Shown: positions 18,874 through 27,940 of the stretch, in pieces
Layout of the letters: each line of letters starts with the position of its first letter
How positions within the stretch are numbered: the stretch's first letter is position 1
Assembly (NCBI GenBank): GCA_022448985.1
Contig: JAKVCR010000001.1
Location: forward strand, 4,217 to 68,216
Length of the DNA stretch: 64,000 nt
DNA from: Roseibacillus sp.
Lineage (GTDB): Bacteria; Verrucomicrobiota; Verrucomicrobiia; Verrucomicrobiales; Akkermansiaceae
Reading direction: 5' to 3'
Made by a program: the position numbers and the translations under genes
The notes under the pieces: model-generated
The model's input: only the letters and a program-made list of their open reading frames with translations
Told to the model about the DNA's origin: nothing
The model's database searches: none

Positions 18874-19683
18874 TCACAACTTGATCTCGCCCTCAAAGAC
18901 GAAGGCGGCCGGACCGGTAAGAGTGACCTTGCGGAAGCCGGTCCCGGCGTCCCCTTCGAATCCAACCCTGAGCGTTTCGCCACCTCGCACGCTGACTTTG
19001 ATGGGCGCCGGTTCTCCATGAAGAAGGTGATAAATAATGGAGCAGGCCACCATGCCCGTGCCGCAGGCCAGGGTTTCGTCCTCCACCCCGCGTTCGTAGG
19101 TCCGGATCGCGATGTGTCCGGGAGCTATTTCCTTCACGAAATTGGCGTTGGTGCCGTTGGGAAAGTGATCGTGGTGGCGGATGGCAGCCCCCAACTGAAG
19201 AACATCAAGATCGACGAGATCATCGACAAAAGCGAGAGCGTGAAGAACTCCAGTGTTCAGAATGTGAACGGGGCCTTGGAGATCTTCCACCGAGACCCCG
19301 GAATTCAGGTCGAGGTCAAAGGGCTCCGACATGGTGACCTCGACTTCCTCCCCCATAAGCCGGGCCGTGAGGATGCCGGCAATGGTCTCGAAGCTGATCT
19401 CCTCCCGTCCGTCGTTGAGCAACCGGGCGGTGTAACGCCCGAAACAGCGGGCGCCATTTCCGCACATTTCCGCCTCGCCGCCATCGGCATTGTAGTAGCG
19501 GAACCTGAAATCCGCTCCGCTCTGGCCTGGTTCGACCGCCAGCAGGCCATCGGCCCCCACCCCACGGTGACGATCGCAGATCGTGGAGATCTGCTCCTTG
19601 CTGAGCTCGATCGAAAGGTCACGATTGTCGATCATGACGAAGTCGTTTCCGGCTCCGTTCATCTTGCTGAAGGGGAGGCGCAT
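18874..19683 (-). CDS. dapF: diaminopimelate epimerase
   Basis: F.KM.G.GNDF..ID, with both catalytic Cys motifs (EMCGNGARC and TLACGTG). I chose ATG 19683. Confidence 0.9.
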   Translation of the reverse strand: MRLPFSKMNGAGNDFVMIDNRDLSIELSKEQISTICDRHRGVGADGLLAVEPGQSGADFRFRYYNADGGEAEMCGNGARCFGRYTARLLNDGREEISFETIAGILTARLMGEEVEVTMSEPFDLDLNSGVSVEDLQGPVHILNTGVLHALAFVDDLVDLDVLQLGAAIRHHDHFPNGTNANFVKEIAPGHIAIRTYERGVEDETLACGTGMVACSIIYHLLHGEPAPIKVSVRGGETLRVGFEGDAGTGFRKVTLTGPAAFVFEGEIKL

Positions 19684-19737
19684 GGCGTGTTTGATTCGTC
19701 CGGAAGGCGATACGTCCGTTGAGCCCAAAGGTCAAGG

Positions 19738-20544
19738 TCAGGACGGAGCCTTGGTGGCCTCGATGAGGGGTCTGGTGAAGGCGCCTACTTTATCCGCGAC
19801 ATCGGGAGAGTTGGCATTGAGCTCAACCTGCTTGACGATGGCCGAACCCACGACGATGCCGTCCGAGACGGAGGCCACGAGGGAGGCCTGTTCGGGCGTG
19901 GTGATCCCGAAGCCCACACAGACAGGAACGTCGGTGTGCTGTTTTATTGCGGTTACCTGGTCTCCGATCTGTGCGGAAGGTCCTCCGTGGGATCCGGTCA
20001 CCCCGGTACGGGAGAGGGCGTAGATAAATCCCTCTGCGTTGCGGGCCAGAAGTTCAATGCGCTCGGGTGGCGTGGTAGGGGCTATGAGGCGGATCTGGCG
20101 CAACCCTGCATGGCTGGCCATTTCGCAGTTCTGAGCGGCTTCATCAGGAGGGAGATCGAGAAGGAGGATGCCGTCCGCACCGGCCTCGGCAGCATCGTCG
20201 TGGTAGGCGTCGTAACCGTAGGTGTAGACGGGATTGAGATAGGTAAAGAGGACGAGGGGGACCTGATGTGATTCGCGGAAGCGACGGATGAGTTCAAAAA
20301 CCCCGGCGGTGTCGCAGCCAGCCGCGAGGGCCCGGGCCGCGGCGGCCTGGTTGACGATGCCATCGGCGAGAGGGTCAGAGAAGGGGACTCCCAGTTCGAT
20401 GATATCTGCGCCGGCTTCCGCGAGGGCAACCAGGATCTGGAGGGAGCGTTCGAGATCGGGGTCGCCGGCGCTGACGTAAGCCACGAAGGCCTTTTCGCCC
20501 GTGGCGCGGAGATTCTCGAAGGTGGCGTCGATGCGGTTGCTCAT
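19738..20544 (-). CDS. trpA: tryptophan synthase alpha chain
   Basis: ..FVAYVSAGDPD...ADIIELGVPFSDPLADG..IQ.. and GFGI motifs. ATG 20544. No trpB is adjacent. Confidence 0.9.
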   Translation of the reverse strand: MSNRIDATFENLRATGEKAFVAYVSAGDPDLERSLQILVALAEAGADIIELGVPFSDPLADGIVNQAAAARALAAGCDTAGVFELIRRFRESHQVPLVLFTYLNPVYTYGYDAYHDDAAEAGADGILLLDLPPDEAAQNCEMASHAGLRQIRLIAPTTPPERIELLARNAEGFIYALSRTGVTGSHGGPSAQIGDQVTAIKQHTDVPVCVGFGITTPEQASLVASVSDGIVVGSAIVKQVELNANSPDVADKVGAFTRPLIEATKAPS

Positions 20545-20819
20545 GCCGCCCGAGGGATAGAGGAGAGCGGGCCCGGAGGGAAGGACGATTGGTGGACAAG
20601 GAGAGATCTTCGGGGTCAGTCTTGCCGCCATGCGTGTGCGCCTGACCAAGGACTTCCGTTTTGAAGCGGCCCATACCTTCCCCAGTCTTGGCGAAAACTG
20701 GAGGGGGAGCTTCTGGGACTCTGTGAGGTTGTGATTTACGAGACCCCGACCGCACGCGGTGTCTTTCGTGGAGAGTTTTAACTGGTTTTTGGGTGGGAAC
20801 AGTTTACCTACTGTGCGCC

Positions 20820-20993
20820 ATGAAATGCCTCAGCCTGCTGGTTGTTATTCTTGCCTTCGTCCTGGGTGCCTGTGAGCGCCATAACTGGGAGGATGTGGAC
20901 GAGAATGGGGACGGCAGGATCGACCAGAACGAAAAGGGCACCAAGCGTCTCTACCAGGAGCACAAGGAAGACGAGGGCGGGGAGAAGCACTAG
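20820..20993 (+). CDS. 57-aa putative lipoprotein carrying a single EF-hand-like Ca-binding loop
   Basis: MKCLSLLVVILAFVLGAC is a signal with an LGAC lipobox. DENGDGRIDQNE fits the canonical 12-residue EF-hand loop DxNxDGxIxxxE. The tail is acidic. Confidence 0.5.
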   Translation: MKCLSLLVVILAFVLGACERHNWEDVDENGDGRIDQNEKGTKRLYQEHKEDEGGEKH

Positions 20994-21649
20994 GAAGGAG
21001 TCCGCTTCCTCCGGTAGGAGAGGAAGCACTCGTCGTTATCGAGTGGCTCGAAGTGGGTTAGTTCGAACTCAAGGGAGGCCGGCAGGTGTTTTCCCAGGGC
21101 GCCGGTGATGGTGGGAGCTTCCGCTCCGCCGAAGAGAGTGTGCCCCGCCCAGGTGAGATGGATTTCGTCGAGGGCATCGAGTTCGGCAAACGACCGCGCC
21201 AGAGTTCCACCGCCTTCGCAGAGGAGGGTCTTGACCTGGTATTCGTTAGCGAGGACCTGGAGGAATTCCGGCAGTGAGCAGCAATGTACGGTCGCGCCGG
21301 CGGCCTCATAGGGCGCGGGGTCATAATCTTCCGGGGCGGCGGTGGCGAGGAGGTGAAGTGGACCACCCACACTGTGGAATACCCGGTGTCCGAGATTGAC
21401 CTTGCCTGTGCGCGAAGCGATGCAGCGCAGTGGTTGGCGGACTGGCTTGAGCTCGGGGGGGATGGCCAGGGACATATTGTCAGTTTCCAAGGTGCCACGC
21501 CCAACCAGGAGGGCATCCGCCCGTCCGCGGATTTCCAGAAGGCGCTGGAGATCACGCGCTGAGGTGAAATGTGCCGGATCCTTGTTGACGGTAGAAACCT
21601 TGCCATCAGCTGTGATGGCGAAATTGATCAGGACGGTCGGACGCTTCAT
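20990..21649 (-). CDS. RibD C-terminal-domain (DHFR-fold) reductase family protein
   Basis: ..INFAITADGK......FTS..D...L...R...DA.LVG.GT... and C-terminal LLCEGGG.L pattern. It has no deaminase domain. Confidence 0.7.
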   Translation of the reverse strand: MKRPTVLINFAITADGKVSTVNKDPAHFTSARDLQRLLEIRGRADALLVGRGTLETDNMSLAIPPELKPVRQPLRCIASRTGKVNLGHRVFHSVGGPLHLLATAAPEDYDPAPYEAAGATVHCCSLPEFLQVLANEYQVKTLLCEGGGTLARSFAELDALDEIHLTWAGHTLFGGAEAPTITGALGKHLPASLEFELTHFEPLDNDECFLSYRRKRTPS

Positions 21650-21765
21650 GCCGTTCTTTCTTGGAGCGGGAGCATGACGGGGATGGCGGCAGGGCGAGAG
21701 TGCAAATTTTGGAAAATGCGGTTTGAGAGGGGGCAGACCATGGGTAAACTGTCCCGTAGAAAGCC

Positions 21766-22158
21766 ATGAGCGAATCCGAAGCCACCTCCCCGAAAATCAC
21801 CTGTTTCCTCAAGACTTACTGCGGCTGGAGTGAAGGCGTTCGCGCCATCATGCGCAAGTATGAGCTGGAGTACGAAGAGAAGGATATCATTGCAAACCCG
21901 GCCTTTCGCTGGGAGATGGAGCAAAAGAGCGGCCAACCGCTCTCTCCGTGCGTTGAAGTCAACGGTGAGATGCTGCCCGACGTGAGTGGGGAGGAAGTGG
22001 AGGCCTGGATGTTGGAGAAGGGACTGGTCACGGCCAGTGACGTTGAGCCCGATGCGCCGATCGATTCGTCCTGTTCCCCGGAACAACACGAGGCCCGGGC
22101 CCGGGCCGAGGCCGAAACGCAGGAAGGGGCCTCCGGGAAGATTGTATTCCTCGATTAA
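21766..22158 (+). CDS. glutaredoxin-like thioredoxin-fold protein (CxxS) with acidic C-terminal extension
   Basis: ITCFLKTYCGWSEGVRAIM..YELEYEEKDI....SPCVEVNG fits a Grx fold with a monothiol CGWS site. Confidence 0.6.
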   Translation: MSESEATSPKITCFLKTYCGWSEGVRAIMRKYELEYEEKDIIANPAFRWEMEQKSGQPLSPCVEVNGEMLPDVSGEEVEAWMLEKGLVTASDVEPDAPIDSSCSPEQHEARARAEAETQEGASGKIVFLD

Positions 22159-22171
22159 GGGTGCCCGGTTC

Positions 22172-23275
22172 CTACCCGCGTCGTGCTCGGACGGCTTGGG
22201 CGAAGGCTTCCAGCACCTCCTCGGTGGTTTGCCACGAGATACAGGCGTCGGTGACGGATTGTCCGTAGACCAGCGTAGCGGGGTCGCTGCCGAGTTTCTG
22301 GTTTCCCTCCACAAGGTTGGACTCCACCATAACGGCGGCGAGGGCATTGCATCCACCGGCAATTTGTGCACAGAGATCGCGCGCTACGTCCGGTTGCTTC
22401 CGATAGTCCTTGCAGGAATTTCCATGGGAGCAGTCGACCATGAGATAGGGGGCGAGCCCGGCTTCCCGGAGTTGGGACTCCACCTGTGCGATGCTCTCGG
22501 GGCTGTAGTTCGGGCCATCGGTTCCACCACGGAGGATCATGTGGCAGGCCTTGTTGCCGGCGGTGGTCACAATGGCAGAGACGCCCTGCTTGGTGACTGA
22601 GAGAAAGTGATGGGATTCGCGGGCTGCGCCAATCGCGTCGAGGGCGATCTGGTTTGATCCCCCGGTTCCGTTCTTGAATCCCACCGGCATGGAGAGCCCG
22701 GAAGCGAGTTCCCGATGAATCTGTGATTCGGTGGTGCGTGCGCCGATGGCGCCCCAGGCGATCAGGTCGGCGATATACTGCGGTGAGATGGTATCGAGAA
22801 ACTCTGTTCCGGCTGGAACACCAAGAGCGGCCAGCTCAAGGAGAAGTTCGCGTGCAATGCGCAGTCCACGGTTGATGTCGAAGGAATCATCGAGGTGGGG
22901 ATCGTTGATGAGCCCCTTCCAGCCCACCGTAGTGCGGGGTTTTTCGAAGTAGACGCGCATGACGATCTGCAGGTCGTCGGCGAAGCGGTCAATGAGAGGC
23001 TTCAGCCGCGAGCCGTATTCCAGGGCGGCTGAGGGATCGTGAATGGAACAGGGACCAATCACGACGAGGAGGCGGTCGTCCTTACCCTCCAGAATGGCTT
23101 CCCCCTGCAGGCGTGCGTCATGGACCAGATCAGCCGCTACGTTGGTGATGGGGAGGTAATAGGAGAGGACCGCCGGCGAGATGAGGGGATCAATCCCGGC
23201 AATGCGGAGGTCGTCTGTTGCGTGGGGCGGCACGGGGGGGAAGTTGGTGGCGCTGGTGTTGTGATGCAAGGGCAT
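22172..23275 (-). CDS. aroG: 3-deoxy-7-phosphoheptulonate (DAHP) synthase, class I (AroG/F/H type)
   Basis: ..DDRLLVVIGPCSIHD..AALEY...L, KPRT..GWKGLINDP and MVDCSHGNS motifs. I chose ATG 23275. Confidence 0.9.
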   Translation of the reverse strand: MPLHHNTSATNFPPVPPHATDDLRIAGIDPLISPAVLSYYLPITNVAADLVHDARLQGEAILEGKDDRLLVVIGPCSIHDPSAALEYGSRLKPLIDRFADDLQIVMRVYFEKPRTTVGWKGLINDPHLDDSFDINRGLRIARELLLELAALGVPAGTEFLDTISPQYIADLIAWGAIGARTTESQIHRELASGLSMPVGFKNGTGGSNQIALDAIGAARESHHFLSVTKQGVSAIVTTAGNKACHMILRGGTDGPNYSPESIAQVESQLREAGLAPYLMVDCSHGNSCKDYRKQPDVARDLCAQIAGGCNALAAVMVESNLVEGNQKLGSDPATLVYGQSVTDACISWQTTEEVLEAFAQAVRARRG

Positions 23276-23359
23276 TTGCACCCCGTGGCCAAGTGAATGA
23301 GGAAGGCTGGGGAGGGATTTAGGTTTCAGAATCCCGCATTTCGAATCTACCCTCCATCC

Positions 23360-24481
23360 ATGAGTCAGCATGTGCAGCCCACGAAGGTACCGCAGGGCCG
23401 GGATTTCACGGGAGGGATGATCCCGCCGGGTTCCTGCTCCTTTGTCGGGTCAACAGGCGAGAAGGAGCTGGATGACCGCATCATGGAACTTGCGCAGAGC
23501 ACGCACGGGGTATCGGATCATTGCCTGTTGGCGGAGATGATGATCACGGCGGTGCGGATTGCACGGGGCGGAGCGGTGACCGAGGGAGATTTCAAGCTCA
23601 TGAACCGTGCCCTCAAGGAAATGCGGGAGGCCAACGAGGTGTTTCATCCCTACTGCAACAATCGGAAGGTAGCGGTTTTCGGTTCGGCACGCACGCAGCC
23701 GGACGAGCCAGCTTACCAGACCGCGGTGGAGTTCTCCCGTCGTATGCGGGAGGAGGGCTTCATGACCATCACGGGGGCCGGGCCGGGCATCATGGCGGCG
23801 GGTAACGAAGGCGCGGGACGGGAGGATAGTTTCGGCCTGGACATTGCATTGCCCTTTGAGGCCGCGGCCAATGAGTTCATCGCGGGAGATCCCAAGCTCA
23901 TCAGCTTCAATTACTTCTTCACCCGTAAGTTGTCCTTCGTGAAGGAGGCTGACGCCGCGGTCGGCTTGCCGGGGGGATTCGGGACAATGGACGAGGTGTT
24001 TGAGGCGCTCACCCTGATTCAGACCGGGAAGGCATCCATCTATCCGATTGTCCTCCTTGATGGGAAGGGGGGAACCTACTGGAAGTTCTGGAAACAGTTT
24101 GTCGATGAGCACCTGGCCCGGCTCGGGATGATCTCGGAGGACGATTTCCATCTTTTCCTGGTCACTGACGACGTGGAGGAAGCGGTGGAGGAAATCGTCG
24201 GGTTCTACCGTGTGTTCCATTCCTATCGTTATGTTGGAGACAAGATCGTGTTGCGTCTCAATACCGCTCTTGCAGAGGATTCGCTGGCCTCGATCGAGGA
24301 GGAATTCTCCGATCTTGTGAAGGCGGGCAGGATGACCCAGCAGGAGGCCCTTGAGGAGGAGGACGAAGAGGAGCTATCGGGGTTGGTTCGCCTGGTATTT
24401 CGTCATCGGCGGCGGAATTTCGGCCGATTACGGCAATTAATCGACGCCGTGAATGCCAGCGAGGTTGCGGCACAGAAATGA
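23360..24481 (+). CDS. LOG/TIGR00730-family nucleotide-binding protein (PpnN-like nucleosidase) with N- and C-terminal extensions
   Basis: VAVFGSAR...ITGAGPGIMAAGNEGA...LPGGFGTMDEVFEALTLIQTGK are the signature motifs of the LOG family. The start is uncertain; I chose ATG 23360. Confidence 0.7.
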   Translation: MSQHVQPTKVPQGRDFTGGMIPPGSCSFVGSTGEKELDDRIMELAQSTHGVSDHCLLAEMMITAVRIARGGAVTEGDFKLMNRALKEMREANEVFHPYCNNRKVAVFGSARTQPDEPAYQTAVEFSRRMREEGFMTITGAGPGIMAAGNEGAGREDSFGLDIALPFEAAANEFIAGDPKLISFNYFFTRKLSFVKEADAAVGLPGGFGTMDEVFEALTLIQTGKASIYPIVLLDGKGGTYWKFWKQFVDEHLARLGMISEDDFHLFLVTDDVEEAVEEIVGFYRVFHSYRYVGDKIVLRLNTALAEDSLASIEEEFSDLVKAGRMTQQEALEEEDEEELSGLVRLVFRHRRRNFGRLRQLIDAVNASEVAAQK

Positions 24482-24491
24482 GGAGATGGTG

Positions 24492-25259
24492 ATGGCGGGG
24501 GGGGAACGTGCTGACGTCCTGCTGGTAGAGCGGGGACTTTGTGATTCGCGGGAGCAGGCCAAGCGGCTCATCATGGCAGGCGAGGTCAGGTGCGGAACGG
24601 AGCGGGTTGCCAAGCCCTCGAGCATGCTGCCCCTCGATGCTGATCTCATCGTCCTGCGACGACCTCGCTATGTTGGACGGGGTGGACTTAAGATGGAGGG
24701 GGCCCTGAAGGGGTTTGCGATCGATCCGAGGGGCTGGGTGTGCCTTGACCTGGGCGCTTCGACCGGGGGATTTACGGATTGCCTTCTGCAGCACGGTGCG
24801 GAGCGGGTCCACGCGGTGGACGTTGGCACGAATCAACTGGCGTGGAAATTGCGACAGGATTCGCGGGTGGTGGTCAGGGAGAAATTCAATGCCCGTCACC
24901 TGGTCGAATCTGACCTGGGCGAACGGGTCGATCTGGTGGTGATGGATCTCTCCTTCATCTCTCTGACCAAGGTCCTGCCGGCAGCGGCTGGAGTGTTGAA
25001 GGAGGGAGGGGAGGTGATCTGTCTGATCAAGCCGCAATTCGAACTCTCCAAGACAGAAGTGGGGAAGGGCGGGATTGTCCGGGAGCCGGAGTTGCAGGCT
25101 AAGGCCGTGGAAAAAATCCGTGAGTTTGTGCGGAAGGAACTGGAATGTGAATGGGAGGGGCTGATGGAGTCGCCAATTACCGGAATGGACGGGAACGTTG
25201 AGTTCCTGGCCCGGTTGCGATTGAGTGCCCCTTGCTCCGGTCAATCGGCAGAGCGGTAA
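24492..25259 (+). CDS. tlyA: TlyA-family rRNA (cytidine-2'-O)-methyltransferase
   Basis: S4-like N-terminus (RADVLLVERGL..SR..A..LI..G.V), the FtsJ-type SAM motif LDLGASTGGFTDCLL, and DLSFISL. AGGAG sits 6 nt upstream of ATG 24492. Confidence 0.85.
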   Translation: MAGGERADVLLVERGLCDSREQAKRLIMAGEVRCGTERVAKPSSMLPLDADLIVLRRPRYVGRGGLKMEGALKGFAIDPRGWVCLDLGASTGGFTDCLLQHGAERVHAVDVGTNQLAWKLRQDSRVVVREKFNARHLVESDLGERVDLVVMDLSFISLTKVLPAAAGVLKEGGEVICLIKPQFELSKTEVGKGGIVREPELQAKAVEKIREFVRKELECEWEGLMESPITGMDGNVEFLARLRLSAPCSGQSAER

Positions 25260-25283
25260 CCGGAGCGTTTTGGGAGATCCTGG

Positions 25284-26552
25284 TCATTGCAGGCGGCTCC
25301 TTGAGGCCCAGAGGCCCATGGCGGGATTGCCGATAAAGTAGAACCGCTCCCCATCTTTGGTGGTGTGCCATCCATCGCTGCGGCCCTCGGGTTGGTAGCG
25401 GTCCATCATTTTGTCGAGGTCAGCGTAGTGATAGCCCACGTCCTCGATCTGCTGGCGGGTGAGGTGACCGGGGCAGTAGGTGACCTTGAAGCGTCCTTCC
25501 GGAGAGCCGTGAATAAGATGGGCGGCTGCTCCGAGATTACCGCGCAGGTCATCATTTTCCTCGACGAAGCGGATGACTTCGGCGGTGGTCCGGTAGCCAT
25601 ATTTGCGGATCATCTGGTCGATCTCGGGGTCCTCCCCGAAGGTGCGGACGCCGGGAGCGAGGACAATGAGCTCACCGCCGTCTGCGATGGCCATGCGGGT
25701 GCGATAGATGCCCTTATTGCCGATCCAGGTGCTGTGGAACTCGTCGGGATCCATGAGGACCACCACCTTGTCGAGTTCCTCGTCGAGGTGGTTGAAATTG
25801 ACCTCCACGGCAAGTTCAGCGGCGGTCTCAAAGGCTTCGCGGTCTCCCACGAAGAGACCGCGGGTGACGAGATTCCCATCGTCGTCGGCCCCGATCACGG
25901 TCTGAGCGTAGAGGATGGGAAGGTGTTCACAGAAGGTATCCTCGGCGTAGTTGAGGATCCTGCGGAGGCAGGTGTTGGTCCGCCCCATCATGCGTTCCGT
26001 TCCATAGATCGATCCGATATAGTGACTTTCGTTGATACCGGCTTCCCCTCCCGTCCCGACGAAGAGGTTCTTATTGCCGTTGGCAACGCCGATCACCTCG
26101 TGGGGTACGGCTTGCCCGATGGAGAGGATGAGATCATGGCCACCTTCCCAGACGAGTTTGTTAAGTTGCGCTGGCCACGGACGGGTCCAAACCCCCTCGG
26201 TGACCTCGGAAACAAATTCGGCCGGGACCTCACCAATGGTGACCACGTCCTCACGCCAGCGATGGGGGCGGATACGGTCGCGCGGGATGGTGGGGTACAT
26301 GCGGTCGAGTTGCTCGTCGCTCATGGGGAAGTGGGTTCCCAGAGCGGGGAGCACGTCGACGAGCCGGTCTCCATAGTGATCTGCCGCGGCACAGGCGAGG
26401 GGACCAGACTTGCTGTAGAAACGTGAGAAGTCGGGAGGAACGAGCAGGACCTTGTTCCGGTCGCCCAGTCCGGCGAGGGCGGAAGTGAGGCCGACGGCCA
26501 GGTCCTCGTCGCTGAGGCTGGTGGTGGGAGAACCCCGGGAGAAGAGAAGCAC
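25284..26552 (-). CDS. LarA-like (DUF2088, lactate-racemase N-terminal domain family) protein
   Basis: It resembles LarA-family sequences overall (..VLLVPPDFSRF.S......., G.AVPHEV.G). GTG start. The specific substrate is unknown. Confidence 0.5.
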   Translation of the reverse strand: MLLFSRGSPTTSLSDEDLAVGLTSALAGLGDRNKVLLVPPDFSRFYSKSGPLACAAADHYGDRLVDVLPALGTHFPMSDEQLDRMYPTIPRDRIRPHRWREDVVTIGEVPAEFVSEVTEGVWTRPWPAQLNKLVWEGGHDLILSIGQAVPHEVIGVANGNKNLFVGTGGEAGINESHYIGSIYGTERMMGRTNTCLRRILNYAEDTFCEHLPILYAQTVIGADDDGNLVTRGLFVGDREAFETAAELAVEVNFNHLDEELDKVVVLMDPDEFHSTWIGNKGIYRTRMAIADGGELIVLAPGVRTFGEDPEIDQMIRKYGYRTTAEVIRFVEENDDLRGNLGAAAHLIHGSPEGRFKVTYCPGHLTRQQIEDVGYHYADLDKMMDRYQPEGRSDGWHTTKDGERFYFIGNPAMGLWASRSRLQ

Positions 26553-26697
26553 GCTGTTCTTTAACTCCGGGAGCTCTCAAAATCGAGCGCTTCCAACGAT
26601 CCCGGGGACGACTTTGTGAAAAATTTCACAAGCTGGCCTTGAGTAGGGCGGAAGGAGGGGTATTCTGGTGCTATTGAGCGCTGAAACTGCCGATACG

Positions 26698-27216
26698 ATG
26701 CTGTCGCATGCTGCCTATGACTCCAAGGTCGAGGGCAACATCATCTTCACGCGTCTCGATGCCGCCATTAACTGGATGCGCAAGAACTCCCTCTGGCCCA
26801 TGCCGATGGGCCTGGCCTGTTGTGCGATTGAACTGATGGCCACGGGGGCGGCACGCTTCGATATTTCACGGTTTGGGGCGGAGGTCATGCGGTTCTCGCC
26901 TCGTCAGGCTGATGTCATGATCGTTTCCGGGACGGTGACCTACAAGATGGCCCTGGCGGTGCGTCGCATCTGGGAGCAGATGCCGGAACCGAAGTGGTGC
27001 ATTGCGATGGGGGCCTGTGCCTCCAGCGGTGGAATGTATCGGAGCTACGCCGTTCTCCAGGGAATTGACAGGCTCCTGCCCGTCGACGTTTACATTTCCG
27101 GTTGTCCGCCCCGTCCCGAAGCTCTTCTTGAAGGGTTAATGAAACTTCAACGCATCATCGAGGGCGAGAAGCCGATCGAAGACCAGATTGCCGAGATCCA
27201 GCAGGTCCAGGGATGA
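26698..27216 (+). CDS. nuoB: NADH-quinone oxidoreductase subunit B
   Basis: [31 protein letters not shown] and SGCPPRPE are present, so all four N2-cluster cysteines are there. I chose ATG 26698. Confidence 0.9.
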   Translation: MLSHAAYDSKVEGNIIFTRLDAAINWMRKNSLWPMPMGLACCAIELMATGAARFDISRFGAEVMRFSPRQADVMIVSGTVTYKMALAVRRIWEQMPEPKWCIAMGACASSGGMYRSYAVLQGIDRLLPVDVYISGCPPRPEALLEGLMKLQRIIEGEKPIEDQIAEIQQVQG

Positions 27217-27818
27217 GTGCCGACGTGGAGAATGCCGCCAATCCTCCCGGCGAGGCAGGGGCGGATGTCAGCAAGTTGCGCAAGGAGTTCGGGCGCACCA
27301 AGGTGCGGGAAATGTTCGAGTTCCGCGGCGAGCATACGGTGGTGGTCAAGCTGGAGGCCCTGCAAGAGGTCCTTACGTATTGCTGCAGGAGCCTCGGGTA
27401 TGACTTTCTCCTGGATGTGAGTAGCGTGGACAACATGGGTGAGGATCCCCGCTTTGAGATTGTTTATGAGCTGGCTACTACGGACGACCGCAAACACCTG
27501 CGGGTGAAGGCCCCGGTGGCCGAGGACGAGGAAGTGCCGACCGCAGTCGATCTCTGGAAAACCGCCAACTGGCACGAACGCGAAGTATTTGACATGATGG
27601 GACTTCGTTTCACGGGACACCCCAACCTGAAGCGTATCCTGATGTGGGAGGGCTATCCCTATCATCCCCTGCGGAAGGAGTTTCCCCTTGCGGGCAAGCC
27701 CAGTGAGATGCCCGACGTGGCCTTCAGCGGAGTGGCCCCTCTGGAAGGGGGGCCCTTTGTAACCAGTCCCGGAACGGACCGGGTGAGTGGTGAGCCCCGG
27801 GCCAAGGGCGAGAGTTGA
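27213..27818 (+). CDS. nuoC: NADH-quinone oxidoreductase subunit C
   Basis: ..[10 protein letters not shown]......RFEIVYEL......LRVK.......VPT....[25 protein letters not shown] overlap with the nuoB stop. Confidence 0.9.
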   Translation: MSADVENAANPPGEAGADVSKLRKEFGRTKVREMFEFRGEHTVVVKLEALQEVLTYCCRSLGYDFLLDVSSVDNMGEDPRFEIVYELATTDDRKHLRVKAPVAEDEEVPTAVDLWKTANWHEREVFDMMGLRFTGHPNLKRILMWEGYPYHPLRKEFPLAGKPSEMPDVAFSGVAPLEGGPFVTSPGTDRVSGEPRAKGES

Positions 27819-27940
27819 GTGGGTTGGCCCGGCTGTCCGGGCTTGGGAGTGGTGCTTTATGCTCTGGCATGTGATTATTGAGCGAATCGCCGATCGCGAA
27901 GCCTGAAGCCAACGTCCCTGCAAGGGGCTGCACCCTGTTC

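Noticed and set aside
16605-19722. 383-aa and 453-aa plus-strand ORFs (16605..17756 and 18361..19722)
   Set aside because: They are antisense to folK, dapB, dapA and dapF, all of which have unambiguous enzyme signatures.
21646-22371. 241-aa minus-strand ORF
   Set aside because: It overlaps the glutaredoxin-like gene antisense and the DAHP synthase 3' end, and it has no motifs.
24258-26426. 328-aa minus-strand ORF (24258..25244) and 353-aa plus-strand ORF (25365..26426)
   Set aside because: They are antisense to tlyA and to the LarA-like gene respectively, and their composition is typical of GC-rich shadow frames.
27827-27842. Hairpin gcccgg-ctgt-ccgggc after nuoC as a terminator
   Set aside because: The stem is only 6 bp and no proper T-tract follows. 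It is too weak to list as a feature.
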